A stretch of 60,622 nt of DNA, the filler included. It is 5 parts of 5 records of this genome, joined end to end, with 100 filler letters (N's around TTAATTAATTAA, not from the genome) between each part and the next. Parts side by side here need not be neighbours in the genome. Positions count along the whole stretch, not along the records: positions 15,019 to 31,526 come from SRR22947725_561; positions 31,627 to 41,869 come from SRR22947725_563; 3 more parts are not named here. One strand, written 5' to 3'. The notes beneath the pieces were generated by a model that had not been told where the DNA came from, ran no database searches, and saw nothing but the letters and a program-made list of their open reading frames with translations. This document shows positions 28,653 through 38,540 of the stretch, in pieces (the stretch's first letter is position 1; the number at the start of each line of letters is the position of its first letter). The position numbers and the translations under genes are program-made.

Positions 28653-29770
28653 ATAAAAAATTTTCTGTTTTACAGGCGCTTCCAGATTTAAATTCTGGGG
28701 GTGTTGAGCGAGGGACTCTGGAAGTGAATAAATATCTAGCAAGTAAGGGATATCGTTCAATAATCGTTTCTAACGGTGGACGTATGGTAGGGCAAGTTTT
28801 AAAAGATAAAGGAGAGCACCATAAGTTAGCAATAGGAAAAAAAAATATTTTGACAATATTCACTATTTTTAAATTAATCAAATTAATCAAAAAAAATAAG
28901 ATTGATATTGTTCATGCAAGGTCTAGGCTACCGGCTTGGGTCTGTTATTTTGCAATAAGACTCATAAAAAAAAGTCATAGGCCAATCTTTATTACAACAG
29001 TTCATGGACCCTACTCAGTAAATTTTTATAGCAGCATCATGACGAAAGGAGACAAAGTAATTGTTGTATCGAAAATGATCCAAGATTATGTTTTAAAAAA
29101 TTATAAAATAGATAGGAAGAAGATTTTTTTAAACTATAGGGGAGTGTCTAATAAAGATTTTCCGTTCAATTTTAAAGCACCAAAAAATTGGTTAAAAGCA
29201 TGGTATCAAAAATATCCTCAAACCAAGAATCAAATAATTTTAACCTTACCAGCGAGAATATCACGTTGGAAAGGACAAGAAGACTTTATTGAATTGATTG
29301 AAAAACTCACTCATAAATATCCAAATGTTCATGGTTTAATCGTAGGAGAAGTAAAGAAAAAAGACAAATTTAAGAAGGAATTGGAAAAAAAAATTAGTAA
29401 ACTAAAGCTTAATAAAAATATTACATTTGTAGGTCACCGAAGTGATATAAGAGAAGTTATGTCTATTTCAAAAATAGTTTTTTCATTATCTATAGAACCT
29501 GAAGCTTTTGGAAGAGTTTCGCTAGAGAGTTTATCAATAGGAGTACCCGTAATTGGATACGCTCATGGAGGAGTAAAGGAGCAACTAAATAAGTTATTGC
29601 CAAAAGGATTAATTGATGTTGGTAAAGTTGATGATGCAAAAAAATTATCTATGAAATGGATAAGATCTACGCCTGATGTAAAACAGAATGACTTTTTTAC
29701 TCTTGAAAAAATGTTAAACAATACTTTCAATATATATAAAGAATCAATCGAGAAAAAAAGGATCACATGA
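28643..29770 (+). CDS. Glycosyltransferase family 4
   Basis: GGVERG, HARSR, RISRWKGQ, PEAFGRVSLE (E-x7-E). Confidence 0.9.
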   Translation: MVINKKFSVLQALPDLNSGGVERGTLEVNKYLASKGYRSIIVSNGGRMVGQVLKDKGEHHKLAIGKKNILTIFTIFKLIKLIKKNKIDIVHARSRLPAWVCYFAIRLIKKSHRPIFITTVHGPYSVNFYSSIMTKGDKVIVVSKMIQDYVLKNYKIDRKKIFLNYRGVSNKDFPFNFKAPKNWLKAWYQKYPQTKNQIILTLPARISRWKGQEDFIELIEKLTHKYPNVHGLIVGEVKKKDKFKKELEKKISKLKLNKNITFVGHRSDIREVMSISKIVFSLSIEPEAFGRVSLESLSIGVPVIGYAHGGVKEQLNKLLPKGLIDVGKVDDAKKLSMKWIRSTPDVKQNDFFTLEKMLNNTFNIYKESIEKKRIT

Positions 29771-29771
29771 T

Positions 29772-30680
29772 ATGAATAAGATTAATCCAAATTTTTTGAT
29801 AAATTACAAAAGTAGATTAAAACCTCATTTAAGGAAAATTTTTAGAAAAAAACCTTATTTATCACTAGACAATTTGAAAGGAGATAGCAATCAACTGATT
29901 GCAGGACCGTTCCTAGGAGAATTTGGATGGGAATTAATGCAATGGCAGGGTTATCTAAGGCAGATGTCTAAATTTTATAAACATGTTATTGTTTACGGCA
30001 GGAGCACATCGGCATATTTATATAAAGATTTTGCCTCTGAATTTAGAGCAATGGATGTTTCTTCTTGGGATACTGATGCTTATTTGTTACGTGATTTTGA
30101 TTATTTAAAATGGGCAAACCAGTTTAAAGGTCAAGATATATTGCTTGCAGATAATAGATGTAAAGAGCTTTCAAGCATAATGCATCAAGACTTTATTTCT
30201 TATGGAGCAAAGAAAAAAGCAAATGAATATGATTTAATAATTCATGCGAGAAATATTCCATTTCTCAAGGGGAATAAAAAAAAATCATTACGTAACTGGT
30301 CAATAAATGAATGGGATCAACTATGTAGCGCATTGCCTCAGTTAAAAATTGCATCAGTGGGAATACAAGAGCTTTCATATGCACCCAAAGGCACAGATGA
30401 TTTAAGAGGTATAAGTACAGAACAACTTTGTTCAATTTTAGCCAGTTCAAAATGTTGTGTAGGACCCTCATCTGGATTAATGCATTTAGCAAGTTTATGT
30501 AAAACGCCCCATTTAGTTTGGACTTCAAACAATAATGGGTCCAAAAGATTTGGCGGTGTTGCTTATCGATATTTAAGAAGCTGGAACCCACTAGCGACAA
30601 GAGTTAAATTAATTAATGAAGAGGGAGATCAGCCTTCATTTGAGTATGTAAGACAAGAAATATTAGATTTTCTAAAATGA
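29772..30680 (+). CDS. Divergent GT-B / GT9-like glycosyltransferase
   Basis: GPFLGEFGWEL N-terminal motif; RNW and VGPSSGLMHLA resemble GT9 KRW and GxDSGxxHxA. Confidence 0.55.
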   Translation: MNKINPNFLINYKSRLKPHLRKIFRKKPYLSLDNLKGDSNQLIAGPFLGEFGWELMQWQGYLRQMSKFYKHVIVYGRSTSAYLYKDFASEFRAMDVSSWDTDAYLLRDFDYLKWANQFKGQDILLADNRCKELSSIMHQDFISYGAKKKANEYDLIIHARNIPFLKGNKKKSLRNWSINEWDQLCSALPQLKIASVGIQELSYAPKGTDDLRGISTEQLCSILASSKCCVGPSSGLMHLASLCKTPHLVWTSNNNGSKRFGGVAYRYLRSWNPLATRVKLINEEGDQPSFEYVRQEILDFLK

Positions 30681-30724
30681 ATTTATGCTTGATGTGGAGT
30701 TAAAAAAATAAAATATTTAAATTT

Positions 30725-31526
30725 ATGAAAAATAAAGAAAATATTCTAATTATAAAACATGGGGCATTAGGTGATCTTATTCAGGCTGATGGAATTTTTA
30801 AATCAATTAGAGCAAATCATAAAAATACAAAAATTTTTCTTTTAACTACGAATAGTTTTTTTAGCTTAATGGAAACTTGTCCACACATTGATGATGTATT
30901 GATTGATAACAGACCCTCTATTTTAAATATCATTTCTTACATAAATCTATATAAAAAAATAATCAAATTTAATTTCAAAGTTATTTATGATTTACAGAAT
31001 TCTCAAAGAACTTATATTTATCGTAAATACTTATTTAACAATACAAAGTGGATATCTACAAATAGAAAAGATCATCCAATATCCGGTTTACGTGGATTGG
31101 AAGATATGATGAAAGAGAATTTAATTGGTAGTAAAATTTTTAAACCAGATCTAAGTTGGTTATCAGGAGATATCGAAAAACTATTAAAAAAAAATGAAAT
31201 CCAATCAAAATATGTTGTATTGCTCCCTGGCTCATCAAAAAGCAATCCTTTAAAAAGATGGCCTTATTTTAGTAAATTAGCGAAATTGCTTGTCTTAAAA
31301 GGTCACGAAGTAGTCACTATTTTGGGACCAGAAGAATTAGAGATTGAAAATTTAATGGTGGGGCATATTCTAAAAAATTTAGATTGGCATGAATTGTCAG
31401 GTGTTATTGAAAATTCGTGTTTTATTGTTGGAAATGATTCAGGACCATCACATATTGCTTCATGTTTGAATAAAAAAGGCTTTGCACTATTTGGACCTTC
31501 AACTTCTGCAAAAAGATCTGAATTAA
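30725..31526 (+). CDS. Glycosyltransferase family 9 (heptosyltransferase-like), 3'-truncated
   Basis: ILIIKHGALGDL, DLQNS, KRWP, GNDSGPSHIA, LFGP. Confidence 0.9.
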
Positions 31527-31626
31527 NNNNNNNNNNNNNNNNNNNNNNNNNNNNNNNNNNNNNNNNNNNNTTAATTAATTAANNNNNNNNNNNNNNNNNN
31601 NNNNNNNNNNNNNNNNNNNNNNNNNN
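31527..31626. other. Artificial contig spacer
   Basis: Same 44N-TTAATTAATTAA-44N linker. Confidence 0.98.
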
Positions 31627-33531
31627 AATATGCTCCCAAAAAACAGGTTCAAAATATAATTTGTCTGCAGTGTCAAAATCAGTAGAGACAGTTTCTGGAT
31701 TACAGTTAATCATAATAGTTTCATAACCAGCTTCTGCACTTGCTAAAACTCCATGAACACAACAATAATCAAATTCAATTCCTTGACCAATTCTATTTGG
31801 ACCAGACCCTAAGACTATAACCTTCTTTTTGTCTGAGACAACGCTTTCATTATCAGAATAAGCATCTTTATTTTCAATCTTTACCTGACTTTCAAAAGTA
31901 GAATAATAATAAGGAGTTTTAGCTCTAAATTCTGCAGCACATGTATCAACAAGCTTATAAACTCTATTAATATCCATTTCTTGACGCTTATTATACACTT
32001 GACTCTCTAAACATTTTAAAATGTGTGCTATTTGTCTATCTCCATATCCTTTTTGTTTAGCTTCTAATAATAATTCTTTTTCAATAGTATCAATTGTGAA
32101 GTTAGATATCTGTTTTTGTAAATGGTATAGCTCTTCATATTGTCTTAAAAACCACATGTCAATTTTAGTAATATCATGAATTCTACTTAATGGAATACCC
32201 ATTTGAATAGCGTCAAATATCACAAATACTCTATCCCATGATGGATTTGACAACTTACTAATAATTAAGTCATAATCATTATATCCCTTTCCATCAGCAC
32301 CTAAACCATTTCTTTTGATTTCTAATGATTGGGTAGCCTTATGCAAGGCTTCTTGAAATGATCTTCCAATACCCATTACTTCACCAACTGACTTCATTTG
32401 CAATCCTAAAGTCCTATCACTACCTTCAAATTTATCAAAATTCCATCTTGGTATTTTAACTATGACATAATCTAGTGTAGGTTCAAATAAAGCAGATGTT
32501 GATTTAGTTATTTGGTTATTTAGTTCATCTAAATTATAACCGATTGCCAGTTTTGCTGCTACCTTAGCTATAGGATAACCAGTTGCTTTACTAGCTAAGG
32601 CTGAAGATCTAGAAACCCTAGGATTTATTTCAATTGCTATTATGTCTTCATTTGTATCTGGACTTATAGCAAATTGAACATTACACCCTCCAGCAAAATC
32701 TCCAATACTTCTCATCATATGAATAGCCATATCTCTCATTTTTTGATATGTAGCATCACTTAATGTCATAGCTGGAGCTACTGTAATTGAGTCTCCAGTA
32801 TGTATTCCCATAGGGTCCATATTTTCTATGGAACAAATTATCACAACGTTGTTATTTGAATCTCTTAAAAGTTCTAATTCATACTCTTTCCACCCAATTA
32901 AAGCTTTATCAATCATCACTTCGTGAATTGGTGAAATCTCTAAACCTCTTGTTAGTAGTTCATCAAAATCATCTTCTTTGTACACAATTGAAGCACCTGC
33001 ACCACCTAATGTATAAGACGCTCTAATTACCAAGGGAAAGCCATATTCTTGAGCTATTTCTTTTCCTTTGAGGTAAGAATTTGCAGTAGATTGTGGAGCC
33101 ATAGGAATTCCTATATCTAACATTAAATTCCTAAATTGTTCTCTATCCTCAGTTATATTAATTGCCTGGATATCAACACCAATAATTTCTACATTGAAAT
33201 CTTCCCAAATTCCTTTTTCATCTGCTTCAATACATAAATTTAGAGCAGTTTGACCACCCATAGTAGGAAGTACTGCGTCTATTTGTGGATGTTCTTTTAA
33301 AATTTTTATTATTGATGAAGATGTTAATGGTAACAAGTAAACATGATCTGCCATTGAAGGGTCAGTCATTATAGTTGCTGGATTAGAATTTATTAATATA
33401 GTTTCTATACCATCTTCATGTAAAGATCTCAAAGCTTGAGTTCCTGAATAATCAAATTCACAGGCTTGACCAATGATGATTGGACCTGAACCAATTATAA
33501 GAATTGACTTTAAATTGTTGTTTTTTGGCAT
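31627..33531 (-). CDS. carB: Carbamoyl-phosphate synthase large subunit (3'-truncated)
   Basis: IGQACEFDYSG, EINPRVSRSSALASKATG, GSGPNRIGQGIEFDY. Confidence 0.97.
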
Positions 33532-33581
33532 TAATTATGAATTAAATTTAACCTATTTTCAAAAATAGCTATCAAAAAGAT

Positions 33582-33614
33582 AAAAAAAAAGGCATTGCTA
33601 ATAGCAACACCTTT
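33582..33614 (-). terminator. Intrinsic terminator after rpmH
   Basis: Minus strand AAAGGTGTTGCTATTAGCAATGCCTTTTTTTTT: stem with two G-U pairs followed by a U tract. Confidence 0.8.
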
Positions 33615-33637
33615 AATATATTAACAATTGTTAATCA

Positions 33638-33799
33638 TTATTTTTTGTGACGAATTTCAGACGATACTGAAAGTTTTTTTCTACCCTTTGCTCTTCTTCT
33701 GGCTAAGACTTTTCTCCCACTAACAGAAGCCATTCTTTCCATAAAACCGTGTTTATTTCTTCTTTTTCTTTTAGAAGGCTGAAATGTTCTTTTTGGCAT
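33638..33799 (-). CDS. rpmH: 50S ribosomal protein L34 (absent from ORF track)
   Basis: Manual translation [53 protein letters not shown], 53 aa. Confidence 0.97.
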   Translation of the reverse strand: MPKRTFQPSKRKRRNKHGFMERMASVSGRKVLARRRAKGRKKLSVSSEIRHKK

Positions 33800-33858
33800 G
33801 TCTTGATTTTTTTATTTAAACTAATATTAAAGTTCTTAATTACATTAAAAACTGCGGG

Positions 33859-33889
33859 CAAATATACAAAGAGTTTTTGCTTTGACAAA
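33859..33889 (-). promoter_or_regulatory. Bacteroidetes housekeeping promoter for rpmH
   Basis: TTTG (33886-33889), 19-nt spacer, TATATTTG (33859-33866) on minus strand; matches -33/-7 consensus. Confidence 0.75.
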
Positions 33890-33956
33890 TCTAAAAATTA
33901 AAAAAATTATTAATTGTTTTTATTAACTTTGTACATCTAAAAAAAAAATAGAATAA

Positions 33957-34517
33957 ATGTTTAATAAATATATTAAAATCTTTTTTGCTGTTGGCGCATT
34001 AGCATATTCAACTTATGAATTTAGTGAAGGGTATATTGGAGCAGGAATTATGTATATTCTTCTAGCTTCAATATTCATATTTCTTTTCTTTAAAAACGAA
34101 ATGATATTGTTAGCATTTTTTCAGTTAAGGAAGCAAAACTTTGAAGGCGCTAACAAATGGCTTTCTAAAATCAAAAATCCAAAATCTTCACTAACAATAA
34201 AACAACAAGGATATTACAATTATCTTAAAGGGATTATGGTTTCTCAAACCAACATGAACGAAGCTGAAAAATACTTCAAAAAAGCTATTAGTTTTGGATT
34301 AAGTATGGATCATGATTTAGCTATGGCAAAATTAAATCTAGCAGGTATAGCATTTAGTAAAAGAAGGAAAATTGAAGCTCAAAAGTTATTAAGTGAAGCT
34401 CAGAAACTTGATAAAAGAAATATGCTAGCTGATCAAGTAAAAATGATGAAAGCACAAATGAAGAAAGGTCAAATGCCTAATCAGCATTATGGTGGTCAAA
34501 GATCCCAAAGAAGGTAA
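33957..34517 (+). CDS. Membrane-anchored TPR-like protein (flavobacterial)
   Basis: Two N-terminal TMs then TPR-like helices (YYNYLKG...AEKYFKKA); TAACTTTG at 33924-33931. Confidence 0.7.
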   Translation: MFNKYIKIFFAVGALAYSTYEFSEGYIGAGIMYILLASIFIFLFFKNEMILLAFFQLRKQNFEGANKWLSKIKNPKSSLTIKQQGYYNYLKGIMVSQTNMNEAEKYFKKAISFGLSMDHDLAMAKLNLAGIAFSKRRKIEAQKLLSEAQKLDKRNMLADQVKMMKAQMKKGQMPNQHYGGQRSQRR

Positions 34518-34534
34518 TTTTTAATTAATTAAGA

Positions 34535-35200
34535 TTAAACTTTTTTTTCCTCGATTAACAGAGTCAAGTTTTTGTTTAACCATCGATACTTTGTTAGTAT
34601 CAATGCATGTGTTGCTCCAGGAACTATTATACAGTCTTTGATTAAGCTGATTGGGAATGTCAAATCTCTATCACCATGTATGTGAATCACTTCTTGCAAG
34701 GGCTTTTCTTGTTTCCAATTTAATATCTCACGAATCGCCCACTTTAAGTAATTTTCATCTCTTACTGACAAGTATTTATCAATTAAATCTAGCTTTTTAT
34801 AAATTTTATTAATTTTTAATGATTTAGATATATTAAAAACATCATCAAATAATTTTAGAGGAAAGTAATTATATAGTTTTAAAAACTTTGCAGATTTCAT
34901 GTATAGAGGTAACTCACGGTTAGATTTTATACTAGAAATTATAATTACTTTTTCAACATCAATTAGTTTACTGATTTCTTGAACGATTAAACCACCAAAA
35001 GAGACACCAATAAGAATTGGATTCTCATGTTTAATAAAATCCAAAAATCTTTTAGAATAGTTTTCAATACTCTCATTTAAAACTGGTTTCGTCCATTTCA
35101 AGAAGTGAATTTCATATTTTTCATCAGAAAACTTAATCCTTTTAAAGATAAGAGGGTTTGCTGACATTCCTGGCATAAGGTATATATGTTTCGTTCTCAA
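34535..35200 (-). CDS. Alpha/beta hydrolase
   Basis: MPG oxyanion loop, GVSFGG, HIHGDRD, GATH. Confidence 0.85.
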   Translation of the reverse strand: MRTKHIYLMPGMSANPLIFKRIKFSDEKYEIHFLKWTKPVLNESIENYSKRFLDFIKHENPILIGVSFGGLIVQEISKLIDVEKVIIISSIKSNRELPLYMKSAKFLKLYNYFPLKLFDDVFNISKSLKINKIYKKLDLIDKYLSVRDENYLKWAIREILNWKQEKPLQEVIHIHGDRDLTFPISLIKDCIIVPGATHALILTKYRWLNKNLTLLIEEKKV

Positions 35201-35292
35201 TACTTTAATGTTTGTAAAATTCCTAAAGCGAATTTATTTTTTGTAATTTTGTAGAAATATTTTTCTTAATTTTTCAATTAAAATCATATTGC

Positions 35293-35577
35293 ATGGCATT
35301 AACTGATAATACTTTTTTACGACAATATGAGCTAAAAGTTAATAATGAATTAGCGATAATTGAATATTCACTCCAAGATAGAAAAATTTTCTTAACAAAA
35401 CTTATTATACCAGAATCAGTAATTGAAAATACATTTACTGAAGAATTTTTGATTTTAGTTCTTGAAGATATTAGAGGCAGAGAAATAAGTGTAGTTCCAA
35501 CTGCACCCACTATAGCTAAATTTATTAGAAAAAACAGAAAATATAAAAGAATGCTTCCTGTAGGAATTAGAATTTAA
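35293..35577 (+). CDS. Small GNAT-like (YjdJ-type) acetyltransferase
   Basis: DNTFLRQYEL, AIIEY, VVPTAPTIAKF; TAATTTTG at 35244-35251. Confidence 0.7.
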   Translation: MALTDNTFLRQYELKVNNELAIIEYSLQDRKIFLTKLIIPESVIENTFTEEFLILVLEDIRGREISVVPTAPTIAKFIRKNRKYKRMLPVGIRI

Positions 35578-36905
35578 GCTAATTCAAACATTTTAAATTT
35601 AACTCTTACAAATCCTTCATTATCAATTGACTCTAAGTCTACATGATGTAGTGTGTTTACAAGTTTAGGATTCCAAGGATAACGTATTTTTACATAGTTA
35701 TCAGTGAAACCATGTATATACCCTTTCTTATTTTCTGACTCAAATAAAACTTTTTTACGCTTACCCAATTGAGACTCATAAAACATTCTTCTCTTCTTAA
35801 GTGAAAGAGATCTAAGGATTTTACTTCTTTTTGATCTTATTGAATTTGGAACTATATCAGAAAATTCACTAGCTAATGTATTGTCTCTTTCAGAATAACT
35901 AAATACATGTAAATAAGAAATGTCTAAAGAATTTAAAAAATCAAAAGTATCCCTAAAATATTCTTCAGTCTCACCAGGAAATCCAACAATAACATCCACT
36001 CCAATACAGGCATCCGGCATTAAATTTTTTATAAAATTTACTCTGTCAACGTATAAATCTCTAAGATATCTTCGCTTCATAAGTTTTAAAATTTCATTAT
36101 TTCCACTTTGAAGAGGTATATGAAAATGAGGGACAAATAAATTACTTTTTGAAACAAATGAAATTATTTCATTTTTAAGTAAATTAGGTTCAATAGAAGA
36201 AATTCTAATTCTATCAATTGAAGAGGTTTTATCTAAACTTTCTATTAAATCCAAAAAAGTACTTTCATGTTTTTTGTTTCCAAACTCTCCTTTTCCGTAA
36301 TCACCAATATTAACTCCAGTTAATACAATTTCTTTAATTCCAGTTTTTGAAATTTTTTCTGCATTATTAATTATAGAATTAATGTCATCACTTCTTGAAA
36401 TACCTCTTGCTAAAGGAATAGTGCAATAAGTACATTTATAATCACAACCATCTTGAACTTTTAAAAATGCTCTTGTTCTGTCTGAAACAGAATAACTACT
36501 GATATAATTATCAACATCATCAATATTACATGAATATACTTGAGCAGTATCATTAACAGAAATTTTGTCTAAATAATTTAATATGTTAAATTTCTCGTTT
36601 GCTCCTAAAACCAAATTAACACCTAAAACATTTGCTAATTCATTTGGTTTTAGCTGGGCATAACATCCAATTGCAATTATAAATGCATCTGGATTAATTT
36701 TTTTTGCTCTTTTTACTACAGTTTTAAACTTGTTGTCAGCATTTTCTGTGACAGAACAAGTATTAATTACATATATATCAGCAGGATCATTAAAGGAGAC
36801 TTTTTTAAAGTTGTTTTCAACAAAATCACGTGCGATAGTAGATGTCTCTGAATAATTCAGCTTACAACCAAGTGTATAAAAAGCTACTGTATTTAATAGA
36901 TTCAT
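35574..36905 (-). CDS. mtaB: tRNA t6A37 methylthiotransferase MtaB
   Basis: TLGCKLNYSE, NTCSVT, radical SAM CDYKCTYC, RISSIEP, C-terminal TRAM-like region. Confidence 0.93.
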   Translation of the reverse strand: MNLLNTVAFYTLGCKLNYSETSTIARDFVENNFKKVSFNDPADIYVINTCSVTENADNKFKTVVKRAKKINPDAFIIAIGCYAQLKPNELANVLGVNLVLGANEKFNILNYLDKISVNDTAQVYSCNIDDVDNYISSYSVSDRTRAFLKVQDGCDYKCTYCTIPLARGISRSDDINSIINNAEKISKTGIKEIVLTGVNIGDYGKGEFGNKKHESTFLDLIESLDKTSSIDRIRISSIEPNLLKNEIISFVSKSNLFVPHFHIPLQSGNNEILKLMKRRYLRDLYVDRVNFIKNLMPDACIGVDVIVGFPGETEEYFRDTFDFLNSLDISYLHVFSYSERDNTLASEFSDIVPNSIRSKRSKILRSLSLKKRRMFYESQLGKRKKVLFESENKKGYIHGFTDNYVKIRYPWNPKLVNTLHHVDLESIDNEGFVRVKFKMFELA

Positions 36906-36947
36906 TTTGTACTTTTACAAAGCTGCAAATTTACAACTTAAAGTCAT

Positions 36948-38540
36948 ATGAATAAAATCATTATTAAAATCAAATTAATACTTACAGTATTATTATTTAA
37001 TTCTTGTAGTGATAAATATAATGATAAAGATAATTTAGTCTTTAGGTACAACGAACATAAAAACATCAGTTCTTTAGACCCTGCGTTTGCCAAAGATAAC
37101 GCTGATATATGGGTAATCAATCAACTATTTAATGGCTTAGTTGAAATGGATAAAGATTTAAATATTATTCCCTCCATAGCAAAAAGTTGGACTATAAGCG
37201 AAGATGGAAAGACTTACAATTTTAATTTAAAAACTAACATAAAATTCCATAAGCACATATTGTTAAATGACAGAAAAGTTATTGCTAATGACTTTACATA
37301 TAGTTTTGATAGAATTTTAGATAAAAGACTAGCATCTCCGGGTGCTTGGGTGTTAGATAAAGTTAAAGATTATGAAGCAGTTAACGACAGTGTATTTAAA
37401 ATACAGTTAAAAGAGCCGTTCAATGCATTTTTAGGAATTTTATCAATGAAGTACTGCTCCGTTGTTCCAAAAGAAATTGTTGAGCACTATGGTAACGATT
37501 TTAGGAAAAATCCAATTGGGACAGGACCTTTTAAATTTAAAAGATGGGAAGAAAACATAAAATTAGTACTTAGAAAAAATGAAAATTATTTTGAAAAAGA
37601 TGAGAAAGAAAACCCACTACCCTATCTTGAGGCAGTTGCCATAACATTTATCCCAGAAAAACAAAGTGAATTTTTAGAATTTGTTCAATCTAATTTAGAC
37701 TTTATTTCAGGCTTGGATGATTCATACAAAGACGAAATTTTAAATACTGATGGAACTTTATCTAATAAATATTCTAAAAATATTAATGTTGTTAGAGCAC
37801 CATATTTAAATACTGAATACTTAGGATTTTATAATGAATCAACTAACTCAGTTGTTAAATCTAAACTTATAAGAAAAGCAATAAATTATGGATTTGACAG
37901 AAACAAAATGATAAAGTTTTTGCGAAATGGTATTGGAGTAAATGCAAACTCAGGTTTTATCCCAGATGGATTGCCTGGATATTCAAAAAAAGCTTATTAT
38001 AAATATAATCCGGAATTAGCTAAAAAATTGGTATTAGAGTATATCGATAAATCTGGAGATAAAAACCCTACTCTAAAATTAACGACTACCAGTAATTATT
38101 TAGTGTTTTGTGAGTTTATTCAAAAGGAAATTGAAAAAATTGGAATTAATATAATAGTTGATGTTATTCCTCCATCATCATTAAAAGAAGCCAAGGCTAA
38201 TGGTAAATTAGATTTCTTTAGAGCTAGTTGGGTTGCTGATTACCCAGATGCTCAAAATTATTTATCACTCTATTACAGTAAAAACTTCGCTCCACTAGGA
38301 CCAAATTATACACATTTTTCAAATGAAATTTACGATAAACTATATGAAGAATCTTTAGGTGAAAGAAAACAAATAAAAAAAGAAATACTTTATAAAAAAA
38401 TGGATTCGATTATAATGGAAGAATCAACTATAGTTCCATTATTCTACGATGAAGTAATTAGATTTTCACATAAAAACATTTTTAATTTAGGTATTAATCC
38501 AATAAACATCTTAGATCTAAGAAGAGTTACTAAAAATTAG
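36948..38540 (+). CDS. Family 5 ABC substrate-binding lipoprotein (orphan)
   Basis: Lipobox-like LFNSC, SLDPA, PSIAKSW, PIGTGPF, WVADYPD. Confidence 0.88.
   Translation: MNKIIIKIKLILTVLLFNSCSDKYNDKDNLVFRYNEHKNISSLDPAFAKDNADIWVINQLFNGLVEMDKDLNIIPSIAKSWTISEDGKTYNFNLKTNIKFHKHILLNDRKVIANDFTYSFDRILDKRLASPGAWVLDKVKDYEAVNDSVFKIQLKEPFNAFLGILSMKYCSVVPKEIVEHYGNDFRKNPIGTGPFKFKRWEENIKLVLRKNENYFEKDEKENPLPYLEAVAITFIPEKQSEFLEFVQSNLDFISGLDDSYKDEILNTDGTLSNKYSKNINVVRAPYLNTEYLGFYNESTNSVVKSKLIRKAINYGFDRNKMIKFLRNGIGVNANSGFIPDGLPGYSKKAYYKYNPELAKKLVLEYIDKSGDKNPTLKLTTTSNYLVFCEFIQKEIEKIGINIIVDVIPPSSLKEAKANGKLDFFRASWVADYPDAQNYLSLYYSKNFAPLGPNYTHFSNEIYDKLYEESLGERKQIKKEILYKKMDSIIMEESTIVPLFYDEVIRFSHKNIFNLGINPINILDLRRVTKN

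Noticed and set aside
31527-31626. Apparent overlap of GT9 and carB ORFs, and X-containing tails
   Set aside because: Both ORFs were extended through Ns to the linker stops; the genes are truncated by contig ends, not pseudogenes.
33703-33888. 61-aa ORF in the track
   Set aside because: Wrong-frame overlap of rpmH and its promoter.
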